Shown here in pieces: positions 31,476 through 41,624 of a DNA stretch of 64,000 nt. The notes under the pieces are model-generated. The model was given only the letters and a program-made list of their open reading frames with translations, did no database searches and was not told the DNA's origin. Origin of the DNA: an uncultured Chloroflexia bacterium (GTDB lineage: Bacteria; Chloroflexota; Chloroflexia; Thermomicrobiales; UBA6265); NCBI GenBank assembly GCA_963750275.1, contig CAVVQC010000007.1:104346-168345 (forward strand). The letters are read 5' to 3'. The first letter of the stretch is position 1; each line of letters opens with the position of its first letter. The translations under genes and the position numbers were made by a program.

Positions 31476-32570
31476 ATGCTCACGACCCTTGTCGGACTCC
31501 CCGTCGAGCAGCTCGACACCCCGGCACTGCTCATCGATCTCGACGCGCTGGAGCGCAATATCGCGAACATGGCGTCCGATATCTCCTCACGCGGTTCGTC
31601 CTGGCGACCGCATAGCAAAGCCAACAAATCCCCGGCCATCGCGCATCTGGAAATGGCAGCCGGCGCCATCGGCATCGCCTGTGCCAAGCTCGGAGAAGCC
31701 GAGGTAATGGCGGCCAACGGCATCCGTAACATCATGGTGCCAAACCAGGTGGTTGGCCCGATCAAGGCACGTCGCGCGGCAGCATTGGCGACCCAGACTC
31801 GCCTCATTCTGGCCGTCGATAGCGAGATCCAGGCGCGCCAGCTCGACGAAGCCGCGGTCACGCTTGGTACCCATCCGGAAGCGGTGATCGAGCTGGACAC
31901 CGGAATGAACCGGGGCGGTCAGCTTCCCGGTGACAAAGTTCTGCGCCTGGCCGAGCTCATCGCCAGCATGGACGGGCTCAAGCTCGCTGGACTCATGACC
32001 TGGGAAGGTCATTGCATGAAGGTGGCCGACCCGGTCGAGCGCGATGCCGCCATTCGCTCGTCGGTCGGTATGCTGGTTGACATGGCCGAGCAGGTGCGCG
32101 CCCGTGGCATTCCAGTCGAGATCGTCTCCGCAGGTGGTACGGGAACGTATCTGACGACCGCCAGCATCGAGGGTGTCACCGAAGTGCAGGCCGGTGGCGG
32201 TATCTGGGGCGACCAGATGTATCTGAATCTTGGCGCGAACGTCGAACCCGCGTTGACCATCATGGCCCAGGTCGTTAGCCGCCCCCAACCCGACCGCATT
32301 CTCACCGATGCGGGACGCAAAACGGTCGATCCGAGCAACCTGGCCCCGATTCCACAGAACGTCCCCGCCTTTACCGAGCAAGCCTTCTCCGCTGAGCACG
32401 GCAAGATCATCCTGGCCGAGCCCTCGGACACGCCTGGGGTCGGCGACCGCATCTACTACCGCGTCGGCTACTCCGACCAGTGCAACCACTTGCATGAGAA
32501 TTTCTACGGCGTCCGCAACGGCATCGTCGAAGCCATCTGGCCGGTGTTGGCGCGAGGCCGGATTCAGTAA
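31476..32570 (+). CDS. DSD1 / D-threonine aldolase-like PLP enzyme (fold III)
   Basis: LDTPAL, RPHSK, GGTGT, EVQAG, DAGRK, SAEHG. Confidence 0.88.
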   Translation: MLTTLVGLPVEQLDTPALLIDLDALERNIANMASDISSRGSSWRPHSKANKSPAIAHLEMAAGAIGIACAKLGEAEVMAANGIRNIMVPNQVVGPIKARRAAALATQTRLILAVDSEIQARQLDEAAVTLGTHPEAVIELDTGMNRGGQLPGDKVLRLAELIASMDGLKLAGLMTWEGHCMKVADPVERDAAIRSSVGMLVDMAEQVRARGIPVEIVSAGGTGTYLTTASIEGVTEVQAGGGIWGDQMYLNLGANVEPALTIMAQVVSRPQPDRILTDAGRKTVDPSNLAPIPQNVPAFTEQAFSAEHGKIILAEPSDTPGVGDRIYYRVGYSDQCNHLHENFYGVRNGIVEAIWPVLARGRIQ

Positions 32571-32603
32571 GCCCTCATCACCATTGCGCCGCAACTCACC
32601 ATC

Positions 32604-32744
32604 GTAGTGGCGGGACCTGTGCCCGCCAGTGGCCGCAGGCCACCATTACGTGGCCAACCAGGATGTTTCCGTTCGGAAGCATAGGAGTGAGGGAACTCCG
32701 TTATCGGGCCTCGCCCGATTGGCGGCCACCGGTGCCGCCACTAC
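32604..32744. repeat. Second GTAG-family REP doublet between convergent genes
   Basis: GTAGTGGCGGGACCTGTGCCCGCCA (+) and GTAGTGGCGGCACCGGTGGCCGCCA (-). Confidence 0.75.
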
Positions 32745-32787
32745 GACGGTACGTATCGAAGACGACGGGCCAGTGAGCGTGGCCTCG

Positions 32788-33549
32788 CTACGACGCGCCC
32801 AGCACGTCCGCGTATCCGATTGTGCCAGCGTAGACCTCGGTGGTTCCATCCATCGTGATGACCGGATTGGCGGCCACGAACCCGGCGACAAGCTCATCAC
32901 CCGCGGCCAGATGCTCGGCGGTTTCCCAGATGTTGAACGAGACGCGGCCGTCAGGTGTGCCCAACCAGCCATAGAGGATGAAGCCGTCCATCGCGCGAAG
33001 TTCGGGAATGAGCTCGTCGTTGACCAACTGGATGATCGCCTCGATGTCGGTTTCAGCGGTGTTGATGCGATGCCGGAAGGTGACCTGGCAACCGGTCAGA
33101 TGCGGCGGGACTTCGGAAATTGGGCGATCGGTCACTTCCCAGATGCGCACAGGGCCTTGCTCGGCCAGAGGTGTTTCCGGCGTCAGCCGGGGATCGAGCC
33201 CCGCAACATACTCCTCCGCAACGGCATTCGCATCCGCCGTCGCCGCCTCGTCCGCCAGCAACGTCATGGTCAAAGAGGCAGCGGGGTTGTCATTCTCGAA
33301 CGCGAAGAGATAGCCGTAGTAGCCCGGAATCGCTGAAGTCTCAGGCAGGAAACGGGACATGACATCGGGATAGACCGCCTGATTGAGCTCCGGCGTAGCG
33401 AGTGCGCGCACCCGGACGATGCCGTAACCGGGCATGTCAAGAGTGGCCGCCTCGGGAGTGGCGTCCTGGGCGTGTGCCATTCGCGGCATCAATACCGGGG
33501 CGGCGAGGAGGAGCGAGGTGCCAAGAAGCGTTCGCCGAGTAACAGACAT
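32788..33549 (-). CDS. Tat-exported protein with two ABM-like (dimeric alpha+beta barrel) domains
   Basis: TRRTLL...AHA-QDATP; internal duplication (IPGYYGY / MDGFILY). Confidence 0.65.
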   Translation of the reverse strand: MSVTRRTLLGTSLLLAAPVLMPRMAHAQDATPEAATLDMPGYGIVRVRALATPELNQAVYPDVMSRFLPETSAIPGYYGYLFAFENDNPAASLTMTLLADEAATADANAVAEEYVAGLDPRLTPETPLAEQGPVRIWEVTDRPISEVPPHLTGCQVTFRHRINTAETDIEAIIQLVNDELIPELRAMDGFILYGWLGTPDGRVSFNIWETAEHLAAGDELVAGFVAANPVITMDGTTEVYAGTIGYADVLGAS

Positions 33550-33763
33550 GGGAAGGACCCTCCGCGAGATCGATGCAATCACAAGTGCGCGTTGACGCAT
33601 CATATCGGAGGATTCGACGCCGCGCCGGGTACCAGTAAAGATCAGTTGGCGCTCGATCGGTATGCCCCGATCGAGCGCACATCCCTGCAAGATCGAATGA
33701 CGCGGTAGGTGCAAAGTAAAGGCAAACCTTGAAGCCCGACCTTTCGAGATCGCGCGCGGGGCC

Positions 33764-34855
33764 CTACCAGAGCGCGAGCTCCGTGTCGAAGTCGAATAGA
33801 TGCGTGCGACCTTCCTCGAAGATCAGCTTGACGTTTTCGCCTTCGGCCGGCTCGATGTCGGAGGGAACATCGGCGACGATGCTCGCTCCGTCGACCAGCG
33901 TGTAGATCAGGGTGTTCGGGCCCATAGGCGAGATGACATCGACGACCGCCGGGATGCCAGGACTCTGCGCACTCGGATCGGCGATCGAGAACGCTTCCGG
34001 GCGAATCCCCAGCCAGAAGTGGTTACCTGGGTGCGCAGCCAGTAACGCGCCACGTTCCACCGACACCGGGAGTTCGATGGTTGGGCTCACGAGTTTCCAC
34101 TGGCCGCCGTGCTGCTCGGATGTCACCTCGATAAAGTTCATCTCCGGATTACCCATGAAGGTGGCGACGTACTTGTTCGCCGGGTGCCGGTAGACCTCCA
34201 GCGGCGGCGCGAGCTGTTGGATGATCCCGTTGCGCATGATGGCCACTCGGGTCGCCATCGTCATCGCCTCACTTTGGTCGTGGGTGACATAGACGATGGT
34301 CGCGCCCAATTGGCGGTGCATCTTGATCAGCTCGGTGCGCATGTTCACGCGCAGGCGAGCGTCGAGATTGGAGAGCGGCTCGTCCATCAGGAAAACCTTC
34401 GGCTCTCGCACAACCGAGCGTCCCAAAGCTACCCGCTGTTGCTGACCACCGGAGAGCTGACGAGGATAGCGTTTGAGCAACGGCGTGAGCTGCAACCAGT
34501 CGGCCGCTTCGTTCAGCCGGGCAGTAATGATCTGCCGGGGCGTGTTGTGCAACTTGAGCCCAAGGGCAATGTTACTGGTCACGTCCATATGCGGATAAAG
34601 CGCATAGTTCTGAAAGACCATCGAAATATCGCGGTCTTTGGGCGGGGTGAAATTCACCAGTTTGTCGTCGATGTAGATCTCGCCGGCGGTCGGTTCCTCC
34701 AGGCCCGCGATCATGCGCAGGAGCGTGGTCTTCCCGCAGCCTGACGGCCCGAGCAATACCAGAAACTCCCGGTCATGGATCGTCAGGGAGACGTCGTTGA
34801 CTGCCCGGACCGCGCCGAACTCTTTCACGATACGTTGCACTCGTACTTCAGCCAT
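33764..34855 (-). CDS. Carbohydrate ABC transporter ATPase (MalK/UgpC-like)
   Basis: GPSGCGKT, VFQNYALYPHM, LSGGQ, DEPLSNLD, GIRPE. Confidence 0.95.
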   Translation of the reverse strand: MAEVRVQRIVKEFGAVRAVNDVSLTIHDREFLVLLGPSGCGKTTLLRMIAGLEEPTAGEIYIDDKLVNFTPPKDRDISMVFQNYALYPHMDVTSNIALGLKLHNTPRQIITARLNEAADWLQLTPLLKRYPRQLSGGQQQRVALGRSVVREPKVFLMDEPLSNLDARLRVNMRTELIKMHRQLGATIVYVTHDQSEAMTMATRVAIMRNGIIQQLAPPLEVYRHPANKYVATFMGNPEMNFIEVTSEQHGGQWKLVSPTIELPVSVERGALLAAHPGNHFWLGIRPEAFSIADPSAQSPGIPAVVDVISPMGPNTLIYTLVDGASIVADVPSDIEPAEGENVKLIFEEGRTHLFDFDTELALW

Positions 34856-34859
34856 GGCG

Positions 34860-35741
34860 TTACCCCTTGGTCGAGCGGCCGCCGCTGAAGCCTTGCCGCA
34901 GATAGCGCTGGAAAATCATAAAGATGATGAGCATGGGGATCATGCTGGCCACGGTCGCCGCGGTCGCGAGTCCCCAATCGGTGTTGTATTGCCCGGGAAT
35001 GGTGGCCAATCCGGGCGGAATGGTGCGGGTTGCATCACTGGTTGCCACAATCAGCGGCCAGAGGAACGCGCCCCAGCTTGTGGTGAAGGTATAGAGTCCG
35101 AGTACTGCTAACCCTGGGATACAGAGCGGCAGGATCACCCGCAGATAGATGCCAAAATCGGTCATGCCGTCGATGCGGGCAGCGTCCTCCAGCTCTTTGG
35201 GAATGGTCTCGATGAACTGCCGCATCATGAAGACGCCCACCGGATAGGCCAGCGCCGGAAAGATGAGCGCCCGGTAGGTGTCGATCCAGCCGATATCGTT
35301 GGCGAACAGGAAGATCGGCAGCAACGTCACCGGCAACGGCACCATGAGGGTCGCCAGGATCAGAAAGAAAATCGTGTCCTTGCCCCGGAAGCGTTTGCGG
35401 GCAAAGGCATAGCCCGCCAGCGAATCGAGGATGAGGATTCCGATCGTCACCGCGGTCGCCACCAGGAGGCTGTTGCGCATCCAGTCCTGGAACGGATGCT
35501 CGTTCCAGATCTTCGAATAGTTGACGAAAGTTGGGTTCAAAAAGACCGAGAGATCGACCGTCCGGGTGTACGTTTCCTTGAGCGAGGTAGCCACCAGGAA
35601 GATGATCGGTCCAGTGGTCAGCGTGCAGGCGATGATGAGCAACAGGTAGGTAGCGGCGTCCTTCAGGCGTTCGTTGCGCTTCACCTTTGGATCGCGCTCG
35701 ATCACCACTGGCGGGGTCGTTGTTGTAAGTACAGTGCCCAT
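34860..35741 (-). CDS. Carbohydrate ABC permease (MalG-like)
   Basis: IPKELEDAARIDG EAA loop; TM pattern. Confidence 0.93.
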   Translation of the reverse strand: MGTVLTTTTPPVVIERDPKVKRNERLKDAATYLLLIIACTLTTGPIIFLVATSLKETYTRTVDLSVFLNPTFVNYSKIWNEHPFQDWMRNSLLVATAVTIGILILDSLAGYAFARKRFRGKDTIFFLILATLMVPLPVTLLPIFLFANDIGWIDTYRALIFPALAYPVGVFMMRQFIETIPKELEDAARIDGMTDFGIYLRVILPLCIPGLAVLGLYTFTTSWGAFLWPLIVATSDATRTIPPGLATIPGQYNTDWGLATAATVASMIPMLIIFMIFQRYLRQGFSGGRSTKG

Positions 35742-36691
35742 TAGAACTGGATCTCCTTGCGGAAGATCACGAGCTGCAGGAGCGCCAGAGTCATGATGAT
35801 CAGCAAAAGAATCAGCGACATCGTTGCCGCCAAGCCCATCGAGTCATAGCGGAACGCTTGCTGGTAGATGTACATGACCACCGTCGTCGACGCGTGCCCC
35901 GGACCGCCCTTGGTCATCACATAGGGGGAATCGAAAAGCTGCAGGTTCCAGATGGTGGCCATCACAGTGGCGAAGAGGATAGTCGGCCGCATCAATGGCA
36001 GCGTGACCAGTCGGAAAGACTGGAACCCGGTAGCGCCGTCGATCGCAGCGGCGTCGTAGAGATGCTTGGGAATGCTTTGCATGGCGGCCAGGAAGAGAAT
36101 CATGTAGAACCCAGCGCCGCGCCAGACCTCGAGCGCTACGAACACTGGGATCACATACGACGGCGTTCCGAGGAAGTTGATGGGACCGAAGCCGACGACC
36201 CCGATAATCCGGTTGATCACGCCGCCGTCCGTCTGCAGCAGATAGCTCCAGATCACCGACGCTGCCACGGTCGAAGCGACGTTCGGCACGATCAGGAGCA
36301 CGATCCACAGCGGACGGAACCGAATGGGCCGATTGAGCAATGACGCCAGGCCGATCCCCACGATGAGCACCGTCGGGATGACCAGCACCGTGTAGTAGAC
36401 CGTGTTCTTGAGGCTGGTCCAGAAGAGCTCGTCGTGAACGATCTTTTCATAGTTGCGGAACCCGACCCAATGGAGTCCGGAAAGAATCGCGCCACCCTGA
36501 AAGGTGAGCAACCCCGCCCGGACCAGCGGGTAAAGCATGAAGACCGCAAAGATGATCAGCTTCGGAAGGATGAAGCCATAGGGACCGACGGTCTTCCTGA
36601 GCCGGACACTCCGGGGAGCGGTGAGGGTTGTCGGAGCGGTCGCCGGTTGACTCAGCGCGCCCGTTGCTTGCGCCACGGTTACCTCGTTCAT
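35741..36691 (-). CDS. Carbohydrate ABC permease (MalF-like)
   Basis: VGFRNY, LYDAAAIDGA, GGPG. Confidence 0.93.
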   Translation of the reverse strand: MNEVTVAQATGALSQPATAPTTLTAPRSVRLRKTVGPYGFILPKLIIFAVFMLYPLVRAGLLTFQGGAILSGLHWVGFRNYEKIVHDELFWTSLKNTVYYTVLVIPTVLIVGIGLASLLNRPIRFRPLWIVLLIVPNVASTVAASVIWSYLLQTDGGVINRIIGVVGFGPINFLGTPSYVIPVFVALEVWRGAGFYMILFLAAMQSIPKHLYDAAAIDGATGFQSFRLVTLPLMRPTILFATVMATIWNLQLFDSPYVMTKGGPGHASTTVVMYIYQQAFRYDSMGLAATMSLILLLIIMTLALLQLVIFRKEIQF

Positions 36692-36730
36692 CGTTTACCG
36701 GGGAGGCCCGACCTGCCGACCCTACCCAAC

Positions 36731-36872
36731 TGTCATTCTGAGCGCAGCGAAGAATCTCTCCCGTCTGCGCTACCCGAAACCATGTCTCGAAATTGTGAAG
36801 CGTGATCCATGGGACGGATCGCAGCGTCCCCGGAACCACGAAGAGAGATCCTTCACGTCGTTCAGGAAGACA
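36731..36872. repeat. TGTCATTCTGAGC-type palindromic repeat doublet
   Basis: TGTCATTCTGAGCGCAGCGAAGAATCTCTC and inverted TGTCTTCCTGAACGACGTGAAGGATCTCTC. Confidence 0.75.
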
Positions 36873-36983
36873 TCGGGGAGAAGGCGCTGCTCCGGCGCGA
36901 CCGAGCCATCCGACGATGACAGACCGAACAAACCGGATCGGGACTTCTCCCAATCCGGTTCGCTGTTCATTCGATCGGACAGA

Positions 36984-38270
36984 CTAGCTGCCTTCGGCGA
37001 TCCGATCATTGATCCGCTCGGCTGATACCGACAATGCATCCGCGGCCGAGGTCTGCCCATTGAGAGCTCCCTCGATCTCGGGCATGACGATCGTCCAGTA
37101 GTCGAACGGCAGCGCCGGCAGGCGCATGTAATTCTTCTGGGTTTCGGCAAATGCCTCGGAGAGTGCGTCGCCCTCGAATGGGTTCACATCGGTGCGCGAC
37201 GGGAAGAGGCGCGAGAGCTGCGCGTACTCGGTTACGACCTCGGGGCTGGAGAGATATTCCATCAGTGCCCAGGCTTCCGGCTTGGCTTCGGATGCATCGG
37301 CCATCATCCAGTAGCCAACCCCACCGAGCGAAAGATCGTTCATTGGTCCGGCGGGTGGCATGGCGACTCCCATCTGGAAATCGGGGTAGTCGACCATGAG
37401 CGGCTGCAGGAACGAGGCGTAACTGAGCTGCATGGCGATCTTGCCATCGAGGAACGCCTTGTCGATATCGTGGCCGACATAGGTGCCCAGCGGCGGCGCG
37501 GTCTTGTCGGTCTGAATCATATCGATCTGGAGTTGCAGACCCTTCTCATATTCAGGACCGGTTGCCAGCCATTCCGTATCATCGTCGGTCGCCAGCGGGC
37601 CACCGTAGTTCACGATCGGCACCGGCACGAAGTTCAGCATCTCGCCGGTGGTGTTATCCATCATTGAATAACCCCATTGAGAGCCATCTTCCTTGGTAAG
37701 TTTTTTGGCGAACTCGACGAGCTCATCCCAGGTGGCCGGCGGGGTTTCCGGATCGAGTCCAGCTTCCTCGAAGAGGGCCTTGTTCCAGACGAGCGAAATA
37801 CCGGACTGCAAGAACGGCAGGCCATATGCCTCACCGTCGCGCGCGCCCAGACCCCAGATGGCAGGGTCGTAGAGCGGCTCCCAATCCTCGGGGATGTTCG
37901 CGCCCTCGATCGCGCTCAGCGGCACCAAAGCGCCCGCATCGGCAAACTTGGGGAAGAAGCTGTTGACCATGTAGGAGATGTCCGGCGGATCGCTGCCGGC
38001 AAAGGCGGCGGTGTACGTTTCCGCCCAGGTATCCCAGGGGGTGACGCGGTATTCGATCTCGACACCGGGGTTCTCCTCGGCGTATGCGGCCAGCTTCTCA
38101 TCGAAGAATTTCTGGTCGTCCGGGGTATGCGGCGCCTTCCAGACGCTGAGCTTCACGGCGTCTTGCGCCGCAACGGGGGATCGGAAGATTCTGGGGGCAA
38201 CCGATGCGGCTGCCACTGCTGCTCCGGCAGCGCTGGTTCCCTTGATGAGTGAACGACGAGTGAGCGACAT
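36984..38270 (-). CDS. Sugar ABC substrate-binding protein (Tat)
   Basis: TRRSLI signal; PDI, YGLP, WNKALFEEAG, PPATWDEL. Confidence 0.92.
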   Translation of the reverse strand: MSLTRRSLIKGTSAAGAAVAAASVAPRIFRSPVAAQDAVKLSVWKAPHTPDDQKFFDEKLAAYAEENPGVEIEYRVTPWDTWAETYTAAFAGSDPPDISYMVNSFFPKFADAGALVPLSAIEGANIPEDWEPLYDPAIWGLGARDGEAYGLPFLQSGISLVWNKALFEEAGLDPETPPATWDELVEFAKKLTKEDGSQWGYSMMDNTTGEMLNFVPVPIVNYGGPLATDDDTEWLATGPEYEKGLQLQIDMIQTDKTAPPLGTYVGHDIDKAFLDGKIAMQLSYASFLQPLMVDYPDFQMGVAMPPAGPMNDLSLGGVGYWMMADASEAKPEAWALMEYLSSPEVVTEYAQLSRLFPSRTDVNPFEGDALSEAFAETQKNYMRLPALPFDYWTIVMPEIEGALNGQTSAADALSVSAERINDRIAEGS

Positions 38271-38634
38271 AGGTGAATTGCTCCCTTTTTCGTTTCGCGA
38301 ACCGACTACTGGTGCACCGCCTCGCGCCATGTGGATGCAGCTACTATGGTTCTGGTGGCCTGTCCTGTCAAGACCTCACCTGCACACTGTAAATTCACGA
38401 AACACAGTCCCTCTGTACCTTTCATCCTGCTTTGGCGACCATCGTTTCCTGGAGAAACGCGTGCAAATGCGCTGATTCAAAACCCAGCCAACCGATCCCC
38501 ACCCTTCCGAGTTCTTCCGCCATTTCCATTACCGCCACGCTGGGTGGCAGTGGCTATGAAAATCTCCCCACTGCCAAGTTTTCGGCTCGGCAATGGGGAG
38601 ATGCAGGGTGGCGTATTGCGATGCTGGAACGGTG

Positions 38635-39171
38635 CTACGCGCACTCGACCGTAATGGTTCCCCGCATTCCGGAGAGCACATGAGGGATGCAGATATATGC
38701 GTATTTGCCCGGGGTCGTGAAGGTATGGGAATACGTTTCCCCCGGTTGCAATATCTCGGATCCCCACGGCTCAGCCCCGTCCGGCAACTCGACATAGTCG
38801 GGATGGGTTTTGTCGACCGGGTTTTGCGCGTGGTCCCCGGTGGCCGAGTGGGGCATCGCACTCGCATTGTTCCAGGTGATCGTTTGACCGGACTTGATGA
38901 CCACCGGATCAGGATCGAACCGAAGCTCATCCGTCATTTTGATTTCGACGGCCGGAGTAGGAGAAGCCTCAGGGCTCGCTTGCGGAGTCGCCGCACATGC
39001 GGCGGGAGTGCCGGTCTGCAACGAAGTCGCAGCCAGCGTACCGTGGGAGAAAACCCGGCTGGAAGAAGCCACGAGTGCGGCAATGGGCGCTGCGGCCAGC
39101 GAGCGAAGCACTGTTCGGCGGCTGATAGGACTGAGCGAGCCAGCCGCAATGGTGGAGAACCTGGAGTTCAC
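38635..39171 (-). CDS. Tat-exported plastocyanin/azurin-family blue copper protein
   Basis: SRRTVL; FDP, PHSA, YICIPHVLSGM type-1 Cu ligands. Confidence 0.88.
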   Translation of the reverse strand: MNSRFSTIAAGSLSPISRRTVLRSLAAAPIAALVASSSRVFSHGTLAATSLQTGTPAACAATPQASPEASPTPAVEIKMTDELRFDPDPVVIKSGQTITWNNASAMPHSATGDHAQNPVDKTHPDYVELPDGAEPWGSEILQPGETYSHTFTTPGKYAYICIPHVLSGMRGTITVECA

Positions 39172-39207
39172 AGAAACCTCCTGAATACAACGGAACGAAA
39201 AGGGTAC

Positions 39208-39232
39208 GGGCCACTCCTGACAGGAGTGGCCC
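39208..39232 (-). terminator. Intergenic hairpin between the secreted His-motif gene and the cupredoxin
   Basis: GGGCCACTCCTG-a-CAGGAGTGGCCC. Confidence 0.5.
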
Positions 39233-39261
39233 GGGAACTTGATGGCATGGCAGCTCGCTGG

Positions 39262-40122
39262 TTACTGCACAACCACGGTGAATTCAACCTGGCCGCCACC
39301 TTCGTACGGTGTGTGATCGTTCTGGGCGGGTGAGATCATGACCGTATATTCTCCTGGGCCCCATCCGCTGAGGTCGAGGTCGAAGGTGTTGTCACCGGGC
39401 ATGGCAACCAGGCCTGGAATGCCGGCCGGCGCTGCATCAGCAGCTGGGGATCCTGCCGCGTCGTCAGCAGCCTCGGGAGAGCTATCCATGCTCTGCGAGA
39501 CGAAGACATGATAGTGACCGTAGCCGGGCACGTTCTGCTTGCCTTCGAGATTCGCCGACGGGGTGAAGTTGACCGGGGTGAGTTCGACCGTGAAGGGACC
39601 ACTCACGGTGGTGCCATCGAGCTGGCTGACCAGTTCGACTCCTGGCACGCCGGCGTCATTGGCTTCCGGCAGCGGCTGGACATTCGCTGGCTGGAAGTCG
39701 AAGGTGACCTGCTGGGCAGTCTCCATGATGTCCGCATGGTTGTTGTCCGAGAGCACGACGGTCAACGTGTGCTCGCCAGGAGCCAGCCCTTCGCCGGAAA
39801 TCGTGAAGGTATCTTCGCAGTAAAGGCCGGTCAGCGCTGCAATTGTCGTGCCGTCGACCAGTACATGGATGAGCCCTTCACCGGCCACCGCAGGAGCACC
39901 GATGGTCAGGCAATTGAGCGAGAAGTCCGTGACCTCTACCTGAACCTCGATATCGTCGGTGGTGACCGAATCACCCGCGGCAGGAGCAACGATCTTGAGG
40001 GCCGGAGTCCCCTGTGCGCTCGAATCCATCGGCATCGCCAATGCAAGCACTCCCAGGATCAGCGCCAATGATGCGACGATGCGCATGACCCTCCCCGAGT
40101 GAACCTTGAAACTTGTGAGCAT
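39262..40122 (-). CDS. Secreted protein with two Ig-like His-motif domains (DUF4399/DUF6130-like)
   Basis: AAGGAGG RBS; signal peptide; GLIH...DNNH and GHYH...QNDH repeats. Confidence 0.7.
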   Translation of the reverse strand: MLTSFKVHSGRVMRIVASLALILGVLALAMPMDSSAQGTPALKIVAPAAGDSVTTDDIEVQVEVTDFSLNCLTIGAPAVAGEGLIHVLVDGTTIAALTGLYCEDTFTISGEGLAPGEHTLTVVLSDNNHADIMETAQQVTFDFQPANVQPLPEANDAGVPGVELVSQLDGTTVSGPFTVELTPVNFTPSANLEGKQNVPGYGHYHVFVSQSMDSSPEAADDAAGSPAADAAPAGIPGLVAMPGDNTFDLDLSGWGPGEYTVMISPAQNDHTPYEGGGQVEFTVVVQ

Positions 40123-40194
40123 GAAAGCCCTCCTTCGTACCGGCGAGGCCGGCCATTTGCAGCGGAACAGATGCCGCTGCATGCCATGCTCCTC

Positions 40195-40239
40195 ACGTTA
40201 GCAGTGCTCTGAAAGAAAAGATGTAAGCTCCCCTACGTT
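40195..40239 (-). promoter_or_regulatory. Putative class II Crp/Fnr-activated promoter
   Basis: GATGTAA-N6-CTACGTT (40220-40239) centred at -41.5 relative to -10 TAACGT (40200-40195). Confidence 0.55.
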
Positions 40240-40505
40240 GCATCTCAGATGAGAAAAACTCGGTCGGAAATCAGGCGGTATTCCTCGCAGGGGGAAGGGG
40301 AGCGTACTGGTCGATGCGGGCGCGCATGAGCAGGCTTGACACGTCGGAGTTCGCCACAATTTCACGAACTCAAGCGTGCACCGCCGTCGCGAAAGATATC
40401 GACGGCCGTTCTTTGGCCGGGAAACTCTTCACTGTTGAAGCAACGGAATCCGGCGCGCGAAAATTTCACAACGGAGAGCGCGCCGTTCGTCTTCCTGAGT
40501 GACGC

Positions 40506-41180
40506 CTAGAGCAGCGTGTACGTATGGAGTCTCGCGCGATCGAGAATGCGTATGTAGCGTTGCTCGACCGTAATCATCCCCTCATGCCGGAATCGACCGA
40601 GCATCTGGCTCACGGTTTCACGATAGGTCCCGAGTCGTTCCGCCAGATCCTGATGGCTCAGCCCAACGACTGCGCCACTTTCGTTCTCTTCCGCGAGCAA
40701 CAGTCCCGCCAGTCGCGCGGGGAGTGAGCGGAAAGCCAGGGATTCCAACGCTTCCTCTCGTTGCTCCAGACGTTTGCCAAGTTCTCCCAGCAAGCGCAAG
40801 CCGATGTCCGGGTTGCGACGAACCAGCGTCTGGAAGTCCGATCGACTGAGCACACACAGGTGACAGTCAGTGGCTGCTTCCGCAAAACAGCCATACATCC
40901 CATGATCGATGAACCCCATTCCTCCGAAGATGGAGGGAGACTCCAGAGTCGCGACGACGAGCTTGCGTCCTTCCGGGGTTATGCGATAGCGGGTCACTTT
41001 CCCATGTCTGAGAACGAAAACGGCCTCGCTTGGATCGTCCGGGGTGTAGAAAACGCGGCCTTGCTCACAGACGATTTCCGTCGTGCGCTCCGAGAGCCAC
41101 ATGTGTTCCGCCGGGGAGAGCGCACCGAACGCATTCGTTTTGCAAGGGGAGGCCCGCTTGTCCGGTCGTCTGGTGAGCAT
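40506..41180 (-). CDS. Crp/Fnr-family transcriptional regulator
   Basis: cNMP barrel (PEGRKL, IFGG); LSHQDLAERLGTYRETVSQ HTH. Confidence 0.9.
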   Translation of the reverse strand: MLTRRPDKRASPCKTNAFGALSPAEHMWLSERTTEIVCEQGRVFYTPDDPSEAVFVLRHGKVTRYRITPEGRKLVVATLESPSIFGGMGFIDHGMYGCFAEAATDCHLCVLSRSDFQTLVRRNPDIGLRLLGELGKRLEQREEALESLAFRSLPARLAGLLLAEENESGAVVGLSHQDLAERLGTYRETVSQMLGRFRHEGMITVEQRYIRILDRARLHTYTLL

Positions 41181-41604
41181 CGAAACACTGCCATCACAGC
41201 GGCTCGTCTGGCTCGGACATTCAAACTCAGGGCTGCGCGAGATTTCGACGACCTTACGTCGTAAAAGCGGAGGTTCTTCTATCATATTTGATTCCCACCA
41301 TCTTCGTGTCGCGTACGGCGCGACGTGAGCCAGTTCTCCTGCGAACGGCAAAAACTGATAGCGCGAACGTTTTGATCGAGACTTGGCACCAAAAGACGGT
41401 CTGTAGCCGTAGATCTCCTGATGAAGTCAGGGCAATGGCGAAGTCATCGGCGTTCTGCAAATGAGAGAAGCCCGGCGACGAGAGGAGGCCGCGCTTCGGC
41501 GGGCGTTGTGAATCGAACGAACGAGGACGAAAGTCACAAAGGCTTGACAGAACCCTTGGTCAACTCGACGATTTCTATGCCTGTCGTCCGGGCAGGATCG
41601 CCCC

Positions 41605-41624
41605 GATGTAATCAACCTTACATC
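41605..41624. promoter_or_regulatory. Perfect palindrome GATGTAA-N6-TTACATC (Crp-family-like site)
   Basis: 7-bp inverted repeat with 6-bp spacer upstream of the Crp/Fnr gene. Confidence 0.5.
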
